Assembly: GCF_009914755.1 (NCBI RefSeq)
Contig: NC_060936.1
Strand: one strand, 5' to 3'
DNA from: the human T2T-CHM13v2.0 reference genome, Homo sapiens
Length of the DNA stretch: 64,000 nt
Below, piece after piece: positions 1 through 37,679 of the stretch. The position numbers and the translations under genes were made by a program. A model generated the notes under the pieces. That model did not search any database. It had not been told where the DNA came from and saw only the letters and a list, made by a program, of their open reading frames with translations. The number at the start of each line of letters is the position of its first letter. Position 1 is the first letter of the stretch.

Positions 1-3962
<3,962 letters not shown>

Positions 3963-3964
3963 GA

Positions 3965-6290
<2,326 letters not shown>

Positions 6291-6737
6291 AGTGTTTTAT
6301 TTTTCTTTTTGAGACCGGGTCTTGCTCTGTCACCCAGGCTGGGGTGCAGCATCAATGCAAAGCTTCGAAATGCAGGCTCAAGTGTTCCTCCCACCCCAGC
6401 CTCCTGAGTAGCTGGGACTACAGGTGTGTGCCACCATGCCCAGCTAATTTTTTTTTTTTTTTGAGACAGAGTCTTGCTCTGTCGCCAAACTGCAGTGCAG
6501 TGGCACAATCTCTGGCTCACTGCAACCTCCGCCTCCCGGGTTCCAGCAATTCTCCTGCCTTAGCCTCCAGAGTAGCTGGGACTACAGGCGTGTGCCACCA
6601 CGCCCAGCTCATTTTTATATTTTTATGAGGGGTTTCACCATGTTTGCCAGGATGGTCTCGATCTCTTCACCTCGTGATCCGCCCGCCTCGGCCTCCCAAA
6701 GTGCTGGGATTATAGGCGTTAGTCACTGCGCCCGGCC

Positions 6738-9520
<2,783 letters not shown>

Positions 9521-9534
9521 CTTTTTAAAAAAGG

Positions 9535-10007
<473 letters not shown>

Positions 10008-10024
10008 TTATAAAAGTGCACTGA

Positions 10025-10128
10025 GGGGAGGCTGAGACAGGAGAATTGCTTGAACCCGGGAGGCGGAGGTTGCAGTGAGCCGAGATCGTGCCCATCCTAG
10101 GCGACAGAGAGAGACTCTATGTCAAAAA

Positions 10129-10159
<31 letters not shown>

Positions 10160-10160
10160 A
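10025..10160 (+). mobile_element. 5'-truncated Alu with (TAAA)n tail
   Basis: Alu right-arm sequence flanked by the duplicated target tgcactgagg. Confidence 0.85.
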
Positions 10161-10199
10161 ATGCACTGAGGAGACAGATTTTTGAGAGTTAAAAGGACC

Positions 10200-10512
10200 C
10201 TCTCAAAAACCGACCGCGGTCCTCCACTGGGTAGGGGGCGCTCCAAGACAGGGACTCTTCTAGCCTGTTGCCTCTCCATGTTAGCGATATCCTCGTTGCT
10301 AGGAGACTAGACGCGTCTTACAGTGGGAGAGCTCAGCCTCACTGATAGCCGGGGATCTCTCCTGTTCGAGGGCTGAGATCTCCGGTCCCACAACCGCCCA
10401 CAACCAGGGGCACTTCTGGAAGTCCCCTTTCTAGGGACATTTTTCTTCTAAGCTCTGTAACGCGGGCCGAGGCAGACCGAGGCTTCTTTCCCGGATCCAA
10501 TCCCCTGCCCCC
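10200..10512 (+). promoter_or_regulatory. CCDC65: CCDC65 CpG-rich promoter/5' UTR with RFX X-box-like site
   Basis: Local CpG enrichment upstream of the ATG; GTTGCTAGGAGAC at 10295-10307. Confidence 0.7.
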
Positions 10513-10644
10513 ATGCCTAAGAAAGAAAAAATGGCCAAGACGCCCCTGTCCGATGAGAAGCAGCTGCTTCTGTTTCAGCAGAAGTTGCTGGCAGAGGAGG
10601 AGATGGCCAAAAAGAAGGAGAGGCTCCTCAGCCAGTTCTTGAAG
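10513..10644 (+). CDS. CCDC65: CCDC65/DRC2 (nexin-dynein regulatory complex subunit 2) coding exon 1
   Basis: [46 protein letters not shown] donor at 10645. The eight exons sum to 1455 nt (484 aa + stop). Confidence 0.95.
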
Positions 10645-11121
10645 GTGATGGCCTTTTGCATTATGTCCTGCTCAACCCCATCCACCCCCTGCCCTGGCCC
10701 TGTCACTGAGGAAACCTCATTTTCATCCTGACTTCCCCTCCTCCGGAAATCCTGAGACCCAGATATACTTAGATTTCAGGCAACATTGTTTGGGAGGCGG
10801 GGGTGTTCTCTGCGAAGCACGGAGGGGGTGCGTGGTATACGGCTTGGCAATCTTTACTGAATCCCAGAACTGGGACCGTAGGTCCTGTCAGCTGTTCCAG
10901 CTGTCTGGAATGCTGATATTCTCCCTGGAGATAGGTCATTACAAACAACATCCTACTCTGATGCTCCCACCCTGAAGGAAATTCACCCTTGCCCTCCCTA
11001 AATGCCATCAGGCCGTTCCCATCGAAAAGGGGTAAGGTGTCAGCTGATAAATTAAGAGTGATCTTGTTTGTTGTACTGAAAGGCCCTGACTTCCTGGAGG
11101 TATATTTATTCCTTCACACAG

Positions 11122-11289
11122 GACAAGCTGGCCAAGGAGGAACACAACAGTGCTCTGAACCTTAATAAGATTAACACACAGTGGAGAACTGTCCTTCGGG
11201 AAGTCAAGACCAGAGAACTTCATAAGGACATTGAGATCCTCAGCCAAACATTTGAACGAGTGGTGGACTGTAAGGACAATGTCATCAAG
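11122..11289 (+). CDS. CCDC65: CCDC65 coding exon 2
   Basis: AG acceptor and GT donor, 168 nt, [29 protein letters not shown]...DNVIK. Confidence 0.95.
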
Positions 11290-11903
11290 GTAGGCACTCT
11301 TTCCAAGGAAACCTTGAGTATGGCTTCCTGACCTCTTAATAGAATGAGCCTAGTGAATCCATCTTAAAGCCCTCACAAGACACAGGCTGTGAGAAAGCCA
11401 GGCTATTGGTAATAATGGTTTTCACAGAAATAAAAAATAGAATATTGGGCTTTCATCCCTCTCTCCCTTAGAGGACCCACTCTTCTTGTCATCTATTGCC
11501 CAAAACCAGTACTATCCAATAGTAGAGTCATAAGGCACAGTAGACATCACCCAGTGACTTGAAATGAGTCCCACACCTTCATTTCAATGTCAGAAGGCTC
11601 AGTTCCAGAGGGGAACTGACTTGCCCAAGGTCACATAGCTAGTCAGTGAGAGAACCAGGACTCCAGCATGTGTTTATTGATTCCCACTGCAGTGCTCCAT
11701 TCAACTAAATTGTTTGGCCTCTTGATTCAACTTCAGTGGCCCTGGATAAGGTTGAGAAGATCTCCATGGGTAAGAGCAGTTCTGGATTTCTAAGCAATTC
11801 AATCAGCCATCCTTATGCTCTTGGGAGGTTCTTGAGTTCTTGATTCCATCCTATCTTTTCTTCTAAGGGATTTTCTGTACCCCTTCTTTTGTCTTACTTT
11901 TAA

Positions 11904-13563
<1,660 letters not shown>

Positions 13564-13849
13564 TTAAGGGAAGCTGAGTAGTTGGCCAGGTTCACCCCGA
13601 GACAATTAACTTCTTCCTACACAGCAGCCTTGCAGCTTATGATAACAGTTCTTGCTTAGGTAAATCACACACTGTTAATATTAACCACCTTCAGGGTCAT
13701 TCCTGAATGAGACTACACATATTAAATGTGGAAATGTTAGTGATCCTCACTATCTCTACTTCTTCACTTCCATTTTACCCTGTATCCCACAGCATCTGAT
13801 TTCTACCCTTCTCTAGGAAACTGCTCAGGTAAAGGCCACTGGTTCAGAA

Positions 13850-20430
<6,581 letters not shown>

Positions 20431-20594
20431 TTGCCATCACTCTTGCTTTACACAAGAGTGAGGGGGACAGCCAGCATTCTTAAAGTCAAAGAATTGGCAT
20501 TAGGAACAAAGAAAAAACTGCCAGCTGAATATATTTTTATTTTCTCACAGAGATGCTATTCAGCTGGAATGGTAACTCTCTCTTTCTGGCCTAG

Positions 20595-20764
20595 TCTTTA
20601 GCTAAAGACCTGTCCGAAGCCGAGGAGCAGTACGCCCATGCCCTGCGCAGCCACTTGCACAATGTTGACCAGCTCTTGGCCCTGCAGAGGCACCGGCTCA
20701 GTCTCCTGGAGGAAAGTTACAACATGGAGCTGGAAGCCCTAACCAAGGAGTTTGAGACAGAAAG
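20595..20764 (+). CDS. CCDC65: CCDC65 coding exon 3
   Basis: ctag|TCTTTAGCT...GAAAG|gtatgg, 170 nt, [28 protein letters not shown]... Confidence 0.95.
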
Positions 20765-20875
20765 GTATGGGGGCCTAAGAGAAGATGGGGAATTGAATCC
20801 AGGGGAGTGCCCAGAGTCCGTGTCAAGGAGTTGCCTGTAAGCAAGTGGCTAGTATCTTGGAGCATCCCACATTGA

Positions 20876-22850
<1,975 letters not shown>

Positions 22851-23161
22851 ACCAACTACCCACTTTCAACTATCAAAATCCTACCCATTTGGCAGGGAAC
22901 AGGGATGGGAGAGAGACTTCTCACTGTAACCTTTTGTACTTTTTTTGTATCACATGAATGTATTACCCATTCAGAAATCAAAATAAAATAACCTTACTCA
23001 TTCTTTCTAGCCCTAAAAAGAGTAAAGCCTTCCCTCTCTCTTTTCTCCATCAGTACCTAAGAGTTTGTACCATTCACATAGATTACATACTGCTTTGAAT
23101 TGTCATTATTGGTCAATATCCTGTATCCCTCAGAGCAGGGACAGTGTCTTGTCTCCTACAG

Positions 23162-23300
23162 GAAGACAATTATTGACCAACATGAGAAAGAGATTCACTA
23201 TCTGCAAGATATCTTCATGGCCATGGAGCAGAACTATATAGATTCTGAGTATGAAAGCAAGCTGGAGTTCCAGAGCATGTGGAATGATCTCAAAAACATG
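23162..23300 (+). CDS. CCDC65: CCDC65 coding exon 4
   Basis: AG/GT bounded, 139 nt, (R)[18 protein letters not shown]...WNDLKNM. Confidence 0.95.
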
Positions 23301-24084
23301 GTACGGAGGGAGAGTAGATAGGCAAGAAGTGGGAGGAGGTGATAGAAAAATGCTCAAGGAGGCTGGGCACAGTGGCTCACACCTGTAATCCCAGCACCTT
23401 GGTAGGCCAAGGCAGGAGGATCACTTGAGACTGGGAGTTCAAGACTAGCCTGGGCAACATAGGGAGTCCCCCCCCATCTCTACCGGCCCCCCCAAAAAAG
23501 AAAGAAAATAGCCAGGCGTGGTAGTGTGTGCCTATGGTCCAAGCTACTTAAGAGGCTGAGGTAGGATGATCGCTTGAGCCCAGAAGATGGAGGCTGTAGT
23601 GAACTGTGATAGCAACACTGCCCTCCAGCCTGGGTGACAGAGCGAGACCCTGTCTCAAAAAAATTAAAAAAAGAAAAAAAGAAAAATGCTCAAGGCTACT
23701 AGAAGTAGAAGAGACCCCTTTAGCCAACACAGTCAATAAAACATCTATTGCCCCCTGTAGGTATCCCTAATGCTTTTTGTAATTTTGTGAAAATTGGTTG
23801 GGAGGGAGGACCATTCTAAATTGTCAAGGGAATGCATTTTAGAGCTAAAAAGCACCAAGGAGATCATCTGGCTTCACCCCTGTGATTTTCAGATGAAGAA
23901 AGTAAGGCACAAGTAAGTAAAATGACCTGCCAAAGTCATGCTGCTGGTTTGTGGTAGAATCAGGAGAATCTAGGTCTCCTGCCCCTTGATCCAAAGTGCT
24001 TTCCACTGTCCTCGAGGTTGCAATCTTAGCCAGCCCACAGACCTAGGTTTGGGTATGGAGTTCTTTGTTTTTATTTACCCCACA

Positions 24085-24360
24085 GTGTTTTATACAATTT
24101 TTTGAATAAGCATCCTACACTTAAAAATTGGAGATTTCACAAAAACATCCAAATTTTCAGCTTCCCTTGAAAAATTTAAAGATCTGGCAACACTGGGCCA
24201 CATTTCCAAATGGCAAGGCTCACGTGGAGCTCAGTGACTGCCCCTCCTCCTCCCAAATGCAGCATTTCCTCTCCAGTTCACCACAGGCCCCACCCGGCCC
24301 ACAAAACATATTTATATCATCTGCCTGGTCTTGTGTAGGCATTTTCATGGGAGACCTCTG
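24085..24360. mobile_element. Degenerate hAT-Charlie MITE (MER102-like)
   Basis: Motifs atttcacaaaaacatccaaattttcagcttcccttg and atctggcaacactggg. Confidence 0.5.
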
Positions 24361-24467
24361 TACTAAACTATGCTACAAACAGTTCAAGAGGGTGGGATTG
24401 CTGGTAGAAGTGAAAGGGCACTAATAAGGTAATTCCAAACATTTGCTATTTTGGGGTCACTTGCTAG

Positions 24468-24665
24468 AATTTAGAAGAGAAGCACTTTCTAAGACTGCAC
24501 CTGGAGAACAGAGTAGAAGATCTGTGGAGAAAGTTCCAGGATGTACTCAAGAATTACACTGATGCCACAGAGGATCGAAAGGCTGCCTTTGAGACCCTGC
24601 AGGTGAAGGATGAGAAGAGCTCCAAAGAGATTGAAGTACAGATGAAAAAAATACAGAAACTACAG
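24468..24665 (+). CDS. CCDC65: CCDC65 coding exon 5
   Basis: AG/GT bounded, 198 nt, [24 protein letters not shown]...KKIQKLQ. Confidence 0.95.
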
Positions 24666-24877
24666 GTTAGTGTAGCCACCTGGAAATACTCACTGCTTTA
24701 ACTGCTCTATTATCCCCTCTTTTGCTTCCCCTTGTTTCCCCTGGGCCTCATCACTGATCATTGGTTGGGAAAAGATGATATGCTCTGATTTCAGTCCCCA
24801 GGCAGCCCTTTTACCTGTCTCACTGAAGACCCTCAGTTGGTCAAGTAGATTTCCCCTAATCTACTCTGTTCCTCTAG

Positions 24878-25096
24878 GATGCCATAACTATTTCAAAAGG
24901 CAAGATCATGATACACAGCCGTGAGAGTGAAGATGAGAACCGGTATATCCGTAATGACAAGGAATTGGTCCTTGTACAACTGCGAAAACTTAAGGCCCAA
25001 AGAACTCAGGCCCGGGCAGCATCCCAGAAGAACTTAGTCAGACTCACCCTGGAAAGTAATGCCACCCTCAAGGCCCTGAGAAAGATTGTTGATAAG
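24878..25096 (+). CDS. CCDC65: CCDC65 coding exon 6
   Basis: AG/GT bounded, 219 nt, [21 protein letters not shown]...LRKIVDK. Confidence 0.95.
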
Positions 25097-25259
25097 GTAA
25101 CACAGGGGAGAGGACTATCAGAATAAAGTCAAGGAACCTGCCTCCCTGCAAAGTGAAAGGGATTTGGAAAGGATAGCGGGGGCTTCTTCCTGCTTCCTGG
25201 CTGAGTGGACACTTGGAATACCTTTTTTATTCCATGTTTCCTCCCCTCTTACATTAAAT

Positions 25260-26930
<1,671 letters not shown>

Positions 26931-27123
26931 GAATCAATTTTACAATAAGAAAATACTTGGAATAGTGTGTGTTACATGGTAACCTCCATTTGCTATATGT
27001 ATTTATTGCTATTGTTTCCCACTTGGATGAGTAGCTTCCCTGGGTTCAAACAGGGGAACCAACTCCACTAGCTTCCCTCTTCACTCCCTTTCCTAATATA
27101 AACTCTCTTCCCGCTTCAAATAG

Positions 27124-27276
27124 GGTGAAAAGATCCTTAAACTTGCTGAAATATGTAGGAAATTTGAAACCGAAGAAGAAAAAGTGCTGCCTTTTTATTC
27201 ATCAGTATTGACTCCTAAGGAGCAGGAGGGGATTCAGAAGAATAATCTAGAAGAGCTTACTGAGGAGCTCACCAAG
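27124..27276 (+). CDS. CCDC65: CCDC65 coding exon 7
   Basis: AG/GT bounded, 153 nt, [25 protein letters not shown]...EELTK. Confidence 0.95.
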
Positions 27277-27361
27277 GTAAAGCCCGGGGGATGGTGGGGC
27301 ATTGGGCAGCATTTGCTAATGGGTCTCGCTGCACACCTTCTCCCTGTAACTCCACTCCCAG

Positions 27362-27637
27362 GTGATGGTGGACTACATAGGAATGGAGAATTTCTGGAAA
27401 AGGTACAACAAAGTGAAACTGGAGCAACTGAGCCTCCAACATAGACGAGCCCAGCTGCTAGATATCAATGGGAAGCTGCGGGAGATGCTGAAGCAGTACT
27501 TGGATGGCATCTCAGTGAGTGACGAAGTGCTGAGCCAGCTCAACCCACTCTTTATAGTCAACTATCAAAGCAACTTACTCCAGCCCTTGTCCATACGTAT
27601 AGCCCATCCAGGTGATAAACAACATCCAACCACTTAA
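27362..27637 (+). CDS. CCDC65: CCDC65 coding exon 8 (terminal)
   Basis: ccag|GTGATG..., [21 protein letters not shown]...HPTT, TAA at 27635-27637. Confidence 0.95.
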
Positions 27638-27747
27638 AATATAATTGAAGCAGCCCAGATGATCTTCCACAACCTGTGATCTAAGGAAAAAAATCTTTCA
27701 ACTCCTAGAGATTTTTTTTTTTTTTTGAGAAATGTAGGGATGTTGCT

Positions 27748-27753
27748 ATTAAA
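27748..27753 (+). terminator. CCDC65: Candidate CCDC65 poly(A) signal ATTAAA
   Basis: Variant hexamer ~110 nt after the stop, followed by T-rich sequence. Confidence 0.65.
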
Positions 27754-28166
27754 AATTTCCATGGAGTTTATGAGCTCTTTATATCTTTTCCATATTGGAC
27801 AGAGCAGTTCTCTTTGAGGACACTAGGAACACTGTGGTCCCAGGGAACAGAGAGAACAGCTAGGCAACTACCAGGAGGCTCACTGCTCAATTAAGCATCC
27901 CTCCTCAGAATCAGGGCACCATGAGAGCCAAAACCCATACCTTAAGGACCTAGAGATCCTATGGGAAGACTCAAGACCAGGTCCTTAAAGTCAGTTAGGA
28001 CAGCAAGAGGAGGCCAGGGGAAGAGGTGATCCAGGGCCTACAACCACCCCCATGCCAGGCAAGATGCAATTCACAATGCTTTTTTCCTCAGCCCTTTACC
28101 TCATTCCCACTTTCAAAGGCAGTCTCAGAAAATATCAGATGAAGAATGCAAATAAGTTTTTTAAAA

Positions 28167-28177
28167 TTTATTATTTA

Positions 28178-28179
<2 letters not shown>
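28167..28179 (-). terminator. FKBP11: Tandem AATAAA poly(A) signals of FKBP11, one overlapping the stop codon
   Basis: tttatt at 28167-28172 and 28174-28179 on the + strand. Confidence 0.75.
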
Positions 28180-28537
<358 letters not shown>

Positions 28538-29060
28538 TTAGACAAGAGTAGAGGAGGATTTACGAGCAGAGTCCAGTGATAATCATGTTGACCCCAACTA
28601 CACATGTGGCTTGGGTCCAGTGACAAGTCTTTGAATGCAGGAAAACTTTCTGTGAATATGAAATGTACAGGCTCTTCTCCATTTGTAAGTGGGAGAACCC
28701 TCTATACTAACTACTAATTTATCGTATTTCCAAATAACCACACGGATAGAGTCTTTGCAGGGCTGAAATTAAATGGATTTAAACTAGACTTTAAAAAATC
28801 AACCAACCAATGAGCACATTCAACGTGATTATGAGATAACAGGAGTTTCAACATAAGAGCTGAAGAGGAAGAAGGATGAGGATGCTGCTTAAGAAGTAAA
28901 GGGGCAGGTGGAACAGAAATGAGTGGGCAGAAGAGGTACAAATAAGCAGCACTGGGAATGGGGAGGTAATAGGGCTTTGGGTAAAAGTTTCTCCTTGGTC
29001 CCCCTACCCTCCTTCCAGGCCTTCCTCTAAGCTGGAACTAGGATAAGAATTAACGAGCCC

Positions 29061-29355
<295 letters not shown>

Positions 29356-29975
29356 GAATTACGAGCCCAATACTCTGTGGAGTACAACACATTTTAGCTA
29401 ATAGAACATTTGTTAGAACTGAAAGCAAAAGATATGCATCTTGGGAAATCTGTCCATCTCAACCCTTCAAAAATAGACATCGGCAGTGACCAATGATGGC
29501 TTTTAAAGTTATGGGGCAGACTTGGCTTTAACAGTTGCTTTTTGTTTTGTTTTGAATCACTTGACTGTGATTATTTTTACTGTCTCTTCCCTGATGGAGG
29601 CTGAAAGGAAGGGGTGGGGGGTGGCTGTACAGCTGACACAGCGTAGAGTTGTAGAAAAGGGCAGGAAAGAAGTCCAGTGTTCTGGGAAAGGTGGTGGCAC
29701 AGGCAGCAGACCCATGTGGCCCAAGCAGGTCTCTTCCCTAACAAGTTACTGGCTGCTGGAGGTCATGCCAGGTGGCCTCATCAGGTTGTCTTTAGTCCCT
29801 GTTGGTGATATGAGGAGGAAAAAGGTGGCCCTGTAGATGGAGGCCCCAGCCACTCCTATCTGTCTAAACAAACTTGGTCTGGATCTTCTCAAGCATCAAA
29901 CAAAGTATATAGCTCCTTATAGCTCTTAGGGACTGGGTATTTTGATGGCCTGAGAGAGAGTCCTAGTCAGATTAC

Positions 29976-30046
29976 CTGGGACAGATGGTGGAAATCCCCG
30001 TTTTCCATAGGCCAAGTGAGAAGGAATGATTGCCCTTCGCTTCTCT
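29976..30046 (-). CDS. FKBP11: FKBP11 exon 5
   Basis: 71 nt, (G)[23 protein letters not shown], typical FKBP motif, AG/GT bounded. Confidence 0.96.
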
Positions 30047-30416
30047 CTGAGGGAAGGAATGTCAGTCACAGCCAGAGGCAGGAGAGGTAGGCCAGCAGCC
30101 TCAGTCCAGCTGAAGCTCCTTCAGCAAAACCCCCTGAATCTTCACACCCAAAACACGAATTTTTCCACCTGAACACCAAACAGGCTGGCCAGCAAAGGTG
30201 TCCATCTCCCCATGTGCCTCAACTCCCCCGACAAAAGCAACAGCGCAAGAGGCACAGAGGCTTTGAATGCCCTCAGAGGTCCCACTGACCTGGACCTGTC
30301 CAGTGGGAAGCAGGGTCCTTTATTCCACATTCTCCTGCTTAAGGAGTGAGGATGGCCGAGAAAGCCTCTACCCATGCAAAGGGGGTACCCAGGCCCACCC
30401 CTGCCGAGATACTCAC

Positions 30417-30450
30417 CCCACACACATGTCGAGAAGACTCTGCTCCAGAC
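30417..30450 (-). CDS. FKBP11: FKBP11 exon 4
   Basis: 34 nt, (G)LEQSLLDMCV(G), AG acceptor and GTGAGT donor. Confidence 0.95.
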
Positions 30451-30749
30451 CTTGAAGAAGAAGACACAACTGAACTGGAAGCTATCCACCTTCCCCAAAT
30501 CCCATGACATGAAGATCAAAGTCTTCCTCCTCCATCCTCAATTGACCTTTCCCTCACTTCTTAAATCTCTGGCTTCCAATAGGATATGGGACAAGTGGAG
30601 TACTAGAAGTGAGGTTTGAACCTCAGGAGGTAACTCGTAGAGCCCTAGGGTCTTACTCATTTCAGGGGGGATTTCCAGGGCAGCTTTGGAGCCGAAGAGG
30701 CTAAGAAAGGGCTTAGGTTGGGAAGAGGTGGAATGGGAGGCACAGGTCA

Positions 30750-30872
<123 letters not shown>

Positions 30873-31239
30873 CTAGCACCCTCTCCCTCCCAGCAGGCGC
30901 GCAACACACACCTGGACCGCTGGGCGGCGGCAGCCCCCTTAGTGCGGCAGCCTAGCGTTCCCCTTACCGCTGTAAGGAACAGGAAGCCCCAGAAGGCTGG
31001 CGCTTCTCGGAGATCTCTCCACCCTGCACTTCTCCGTGCCAGGTAGGAACTGGCAGAAAAGCAAGGAGGGAAAAGAGGCACGGAAGAGCAACGTCTCTCC
31101 CCTCGCCACGTGCTCGACGACCCCAGAGCCCCGAGTTTCTTCTCCCGAACCGCTTGCCACGTGTCCAAGCCAAAGCTGACGTGTTTCAGCAGGGCGCCGC
31201 CCCCTCCCAGGCCCCGCCCCGGCCCCCCAGACCCCTCAC

Positions 31240-31305
31240 CGTGTAGTGTATGTGAAGCGTGTCTCCAAAAGCAGCGGGCTCGGCACATGGTTCTGGGGGC
31301 TCCAC
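31240..31305 (-). CDS. FKBP11: FKBP11 exon 2
   Basis: 66 nt, [22 protein letters not shown], phase 0 at both ends. Confidence 0.96.
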
Positions 31306-31484
31306 CTACGATCGGACTACAGGGGTCACGGATGCTCTTCCAAAGATCCCGTTCTCGCCCCTAGACCCGGCACCACCCCCAACTCAGTTCCCGCACTTCC
31401 TCTCCTCCCGGCTCCCAGGTTCGCTGAGACCCCAGTATTACCACCCCACAAGGCTCGGCCCACGGGGGCTGAGGGTCGGGACTA

Positions 31485-31739
<255 letters not shown>

Positions 31740-32326
31740 CTAGAGCTCCTCCTCCTGCAGCCCTTCCTCCACCTTGTCCCCACCTCCGAAAGGGAGGAGG
31801 CCGAGGGGCGCCCTCTGTACCCTCCAAGATCCGGAGGGCGCAGGTTCTGACGCATCCGTTAGACGTTCTGTCCTATAACGTGGGTCGGGCCAAACAATAG
31901 CACCCATTTACGATTACCTACTGTGTGTCAGGAGCTAGTCTCTAATCCTCAAAACCACCCTGAAAGGTCGGCATGATTGTTTCCATTTTACAGATAAGGC
32001 ACAGGGTGCTCAGGATGTGCCCAAGGTCATCAGGCTAGGTGGTGACAGAGACAGGATTCAAACCCAGGACTGCCTGAGTCCAACGTGGTTGCTGTCTGTT
32101 CTTCCAAGTCGTCTCCTTGTGGCTATCCTGGCAGTGTCTGGCTGGCAGACCCCACCCAGGCAGTTCTCATTCCTCTCCGACCTCCAGCTACTTCAGCTTG
32201 AATTTCTGGAGGTTATAGATCCAAGTATCCGAAATAAGGCAGGGGGCTGTCCTATCCCTGTCCTTTGAAAAGCTAGCTGAAAAGAGCAAGGAGCTGTTAT
32301 CCTGTAAGAACAGGGTAAATCCCTGA

Positions 32327-33305
<979 letters not shown>

Positions 33306-33734
33306 ACAGTCTTAACTGTACTCATTCTTCCAATCCACCTGCAACAACCTAGACTTCCTCCCTATCTCCTGTTTCTGTTAGTGGCTCTGCTACCAGCATT
33401 CGTTCTTCTCTCATCTCCCACATCCAACGGGTCTACTCTGGATTCTCCTTCCAAAGTCTCTCCAGCTCTTCCCTTCCATTCCCATAGCTACAACCCTCCC
33501 ACCTCAGGATAAGAAGCCTTCATTATCTCTCATTTGTATTGTTTAAAAAAAAAAAGTCCCCTCAGCAGGAGGGAATTTCTAGGGGTGATGAAATGCTCTA
33601 TATTTTCAGAAGGATGTGGGTTACATGGGTGTATGCATTTGTCAGAACTTATCAAACTGTATACTTACAATCTGTGCATTTCACTGTTTGCGAATTACGT
33701 ATCAAGATATTTTTTAAGTTAAACAAAAAAACCA

Positions 33735-35350
<1,616 letters not shown>

Positions 35351-36989
35351 AAAAGAAAAAAAAAAGTCTTGGTGTGGTGGCTCACACCTGTAATCCCAAC
35401 ATTTTTGGGAGGCTGAGGCAGGAGGATTGCTTGAGGCCAGGAGTTCAAGACCAGCCTGGGCAACATGGCAAGACCCTATCTCTACAAATAATTTAACGAT
35501 TAGCTAGGTATGGTGGTGTGCACCTGTGGTCTTAGCTACTCAGGAGGCTAAGGTGGGAGGATCACTTGCGTCCAGGAGGTCAAGGCTGCAGTAAGCCATG
35601 ATCACGCCACTGCACTCCAGCCTAGGTGACAGAGACCTTGTCTCAAAAAATAATAAGCCCCTGATCCCTAGCCTCTCCCTACTTTGGACCACTGTGTACA
35701 CTGCTGCTATCTACAGTTTCAGTCCCATCATCTGCCCACTAAAAAGCCTACCATGGCTTCACATTGCCCACGTGAATAAAATTCCAACTCCTTGACATGA
35801 CAACTGAAAGCTTGTCATCCAGCCCTAATCTGCTTTTCCAAACTTGGCTTTTATTCCATTAAACTGAATCCCTCTTAGAGACAGGAACCTCATGTTTCTC
35901 ATTTCTAAATCTTCATTGCTAGTATAGTGTCTGACACATCAATCCTCAGTAAATGTTTGTGAATTGAGCCAAATTCCCTTCCTGCTCATGGACTGTGGTC
36001 TGGCATCAGACAAACCTACATCTTCTGTTTCCATCTCTGTGCCTGAACTCATACACTTCTTTTACCTGTCAAGCTCCCTCCAGGCTAAGCTCAAATATCA
36101 TTTCCTCTGTGAAGTCCTGATTCTCTTAGCTAGGATCTCCAGGCATACACTTGTGGACATTATTATATTTTTCCTTTTGTTGCAGTTATTTGTGTATGCC
36201 CCATTCCTCCCTTCCTATCTCCCCCAAAGAGCCAGCTAACTGATGGCAAGGTCAAGGTTGCAATCATGTCTGGAGCTAAGTACTAGCTACACGATAGCCT
36301 CCAAATAATAGATTCTAGACAGTATGTTTTACTTTGAAGAAATTATACTATGAAATACTGAGAAGCCATTAAAAGGAGATCTAATTACACTAATATAGAA
36401 AATCTCTAAGACAAATGTATATATACCCTAAGTAAAAAAGCAAGTAGCAGAATAACAGATGTGATATGAGCCCATTTATATTTTAACCCCTCCACAAACA
36501 TGTGTCAGCACATACATTTAAAAAAGGAACTAGAAGGATGCACATCAAATAGCTGAGGATGGTTACGTTTGGGCATGGGAGAGAGAAGAGTAAGGGCAAT
36601 GTCCCACATGTTGCTCTGTATATTTTTGTATTGTTTGGATCTTTTACAATAGAAATTACTTTGGTTATAATTTTTTTCCTGCTCAGATGTTACTTCTCAG
36701 GTTATAAAAATAATTTTTAATATTAAATATTACACGAATAAACAAGATATATAGCAATACAAGGGAATGAGTGGGAGGTGTTAAATGAGTTGTGCTAACA
36801 GAGCTAAAGGAGCCAACGTGGGGAAAAACTATAAAAGTCCTTGTAGTTGCAGAGGGCACAGGCAGCTTTGTGGAGGAGGTGAAACTTGAGCTAGATCTTG
36901 GAGTGGGATTTTTAAACAAGTGAGAAAGGAGGTGAAGGCAGAGGGCCAGATGTTTGGGAAAAATGAATGGACTGATTTGGCTAAAGTAA

Positions 36990-37385
<396 letters not shown>

Positions 37386-37614
37386 TCAGACTAAGGCAGT
37401 GGGAACACATTGCAAGTTTCTAAGCAAAAGGATGACACAGCATACTGCACTGATGTATCAGCAGACTCGAACAGTGTGGTGAAGGTGGAAGGCTATTGTC
37501 TTATCCAGGTCTGAGGCTCTGTTCAGGAACCTGAAGGGGAAGAGGAGTGGAGTAGGAGAAGGTGGTAGTAGAAATGGAAAGGGCAAAACTATTAAACACA
37601 ATATCCACCCACAG

Positions 37615-37679
37615 GCAGCACAAGCCCATCTGCACCCTGGAGGGACCAGAGAAGGAGCTTTTTCCTTGGATCAAGTTAG
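37615..37679 (+). CDS. CCDC65: Putative alternative CCDC65 terminal coding exon
   Basis: cacag acceptor. Spliced from the internal donor CCAG|GTGATA (27611/27612) it encodes GSTSPSAPWRDQRRSFFLGSS* (497 aa total). AATAAA at 38013-38018. Confidence 0.55.
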
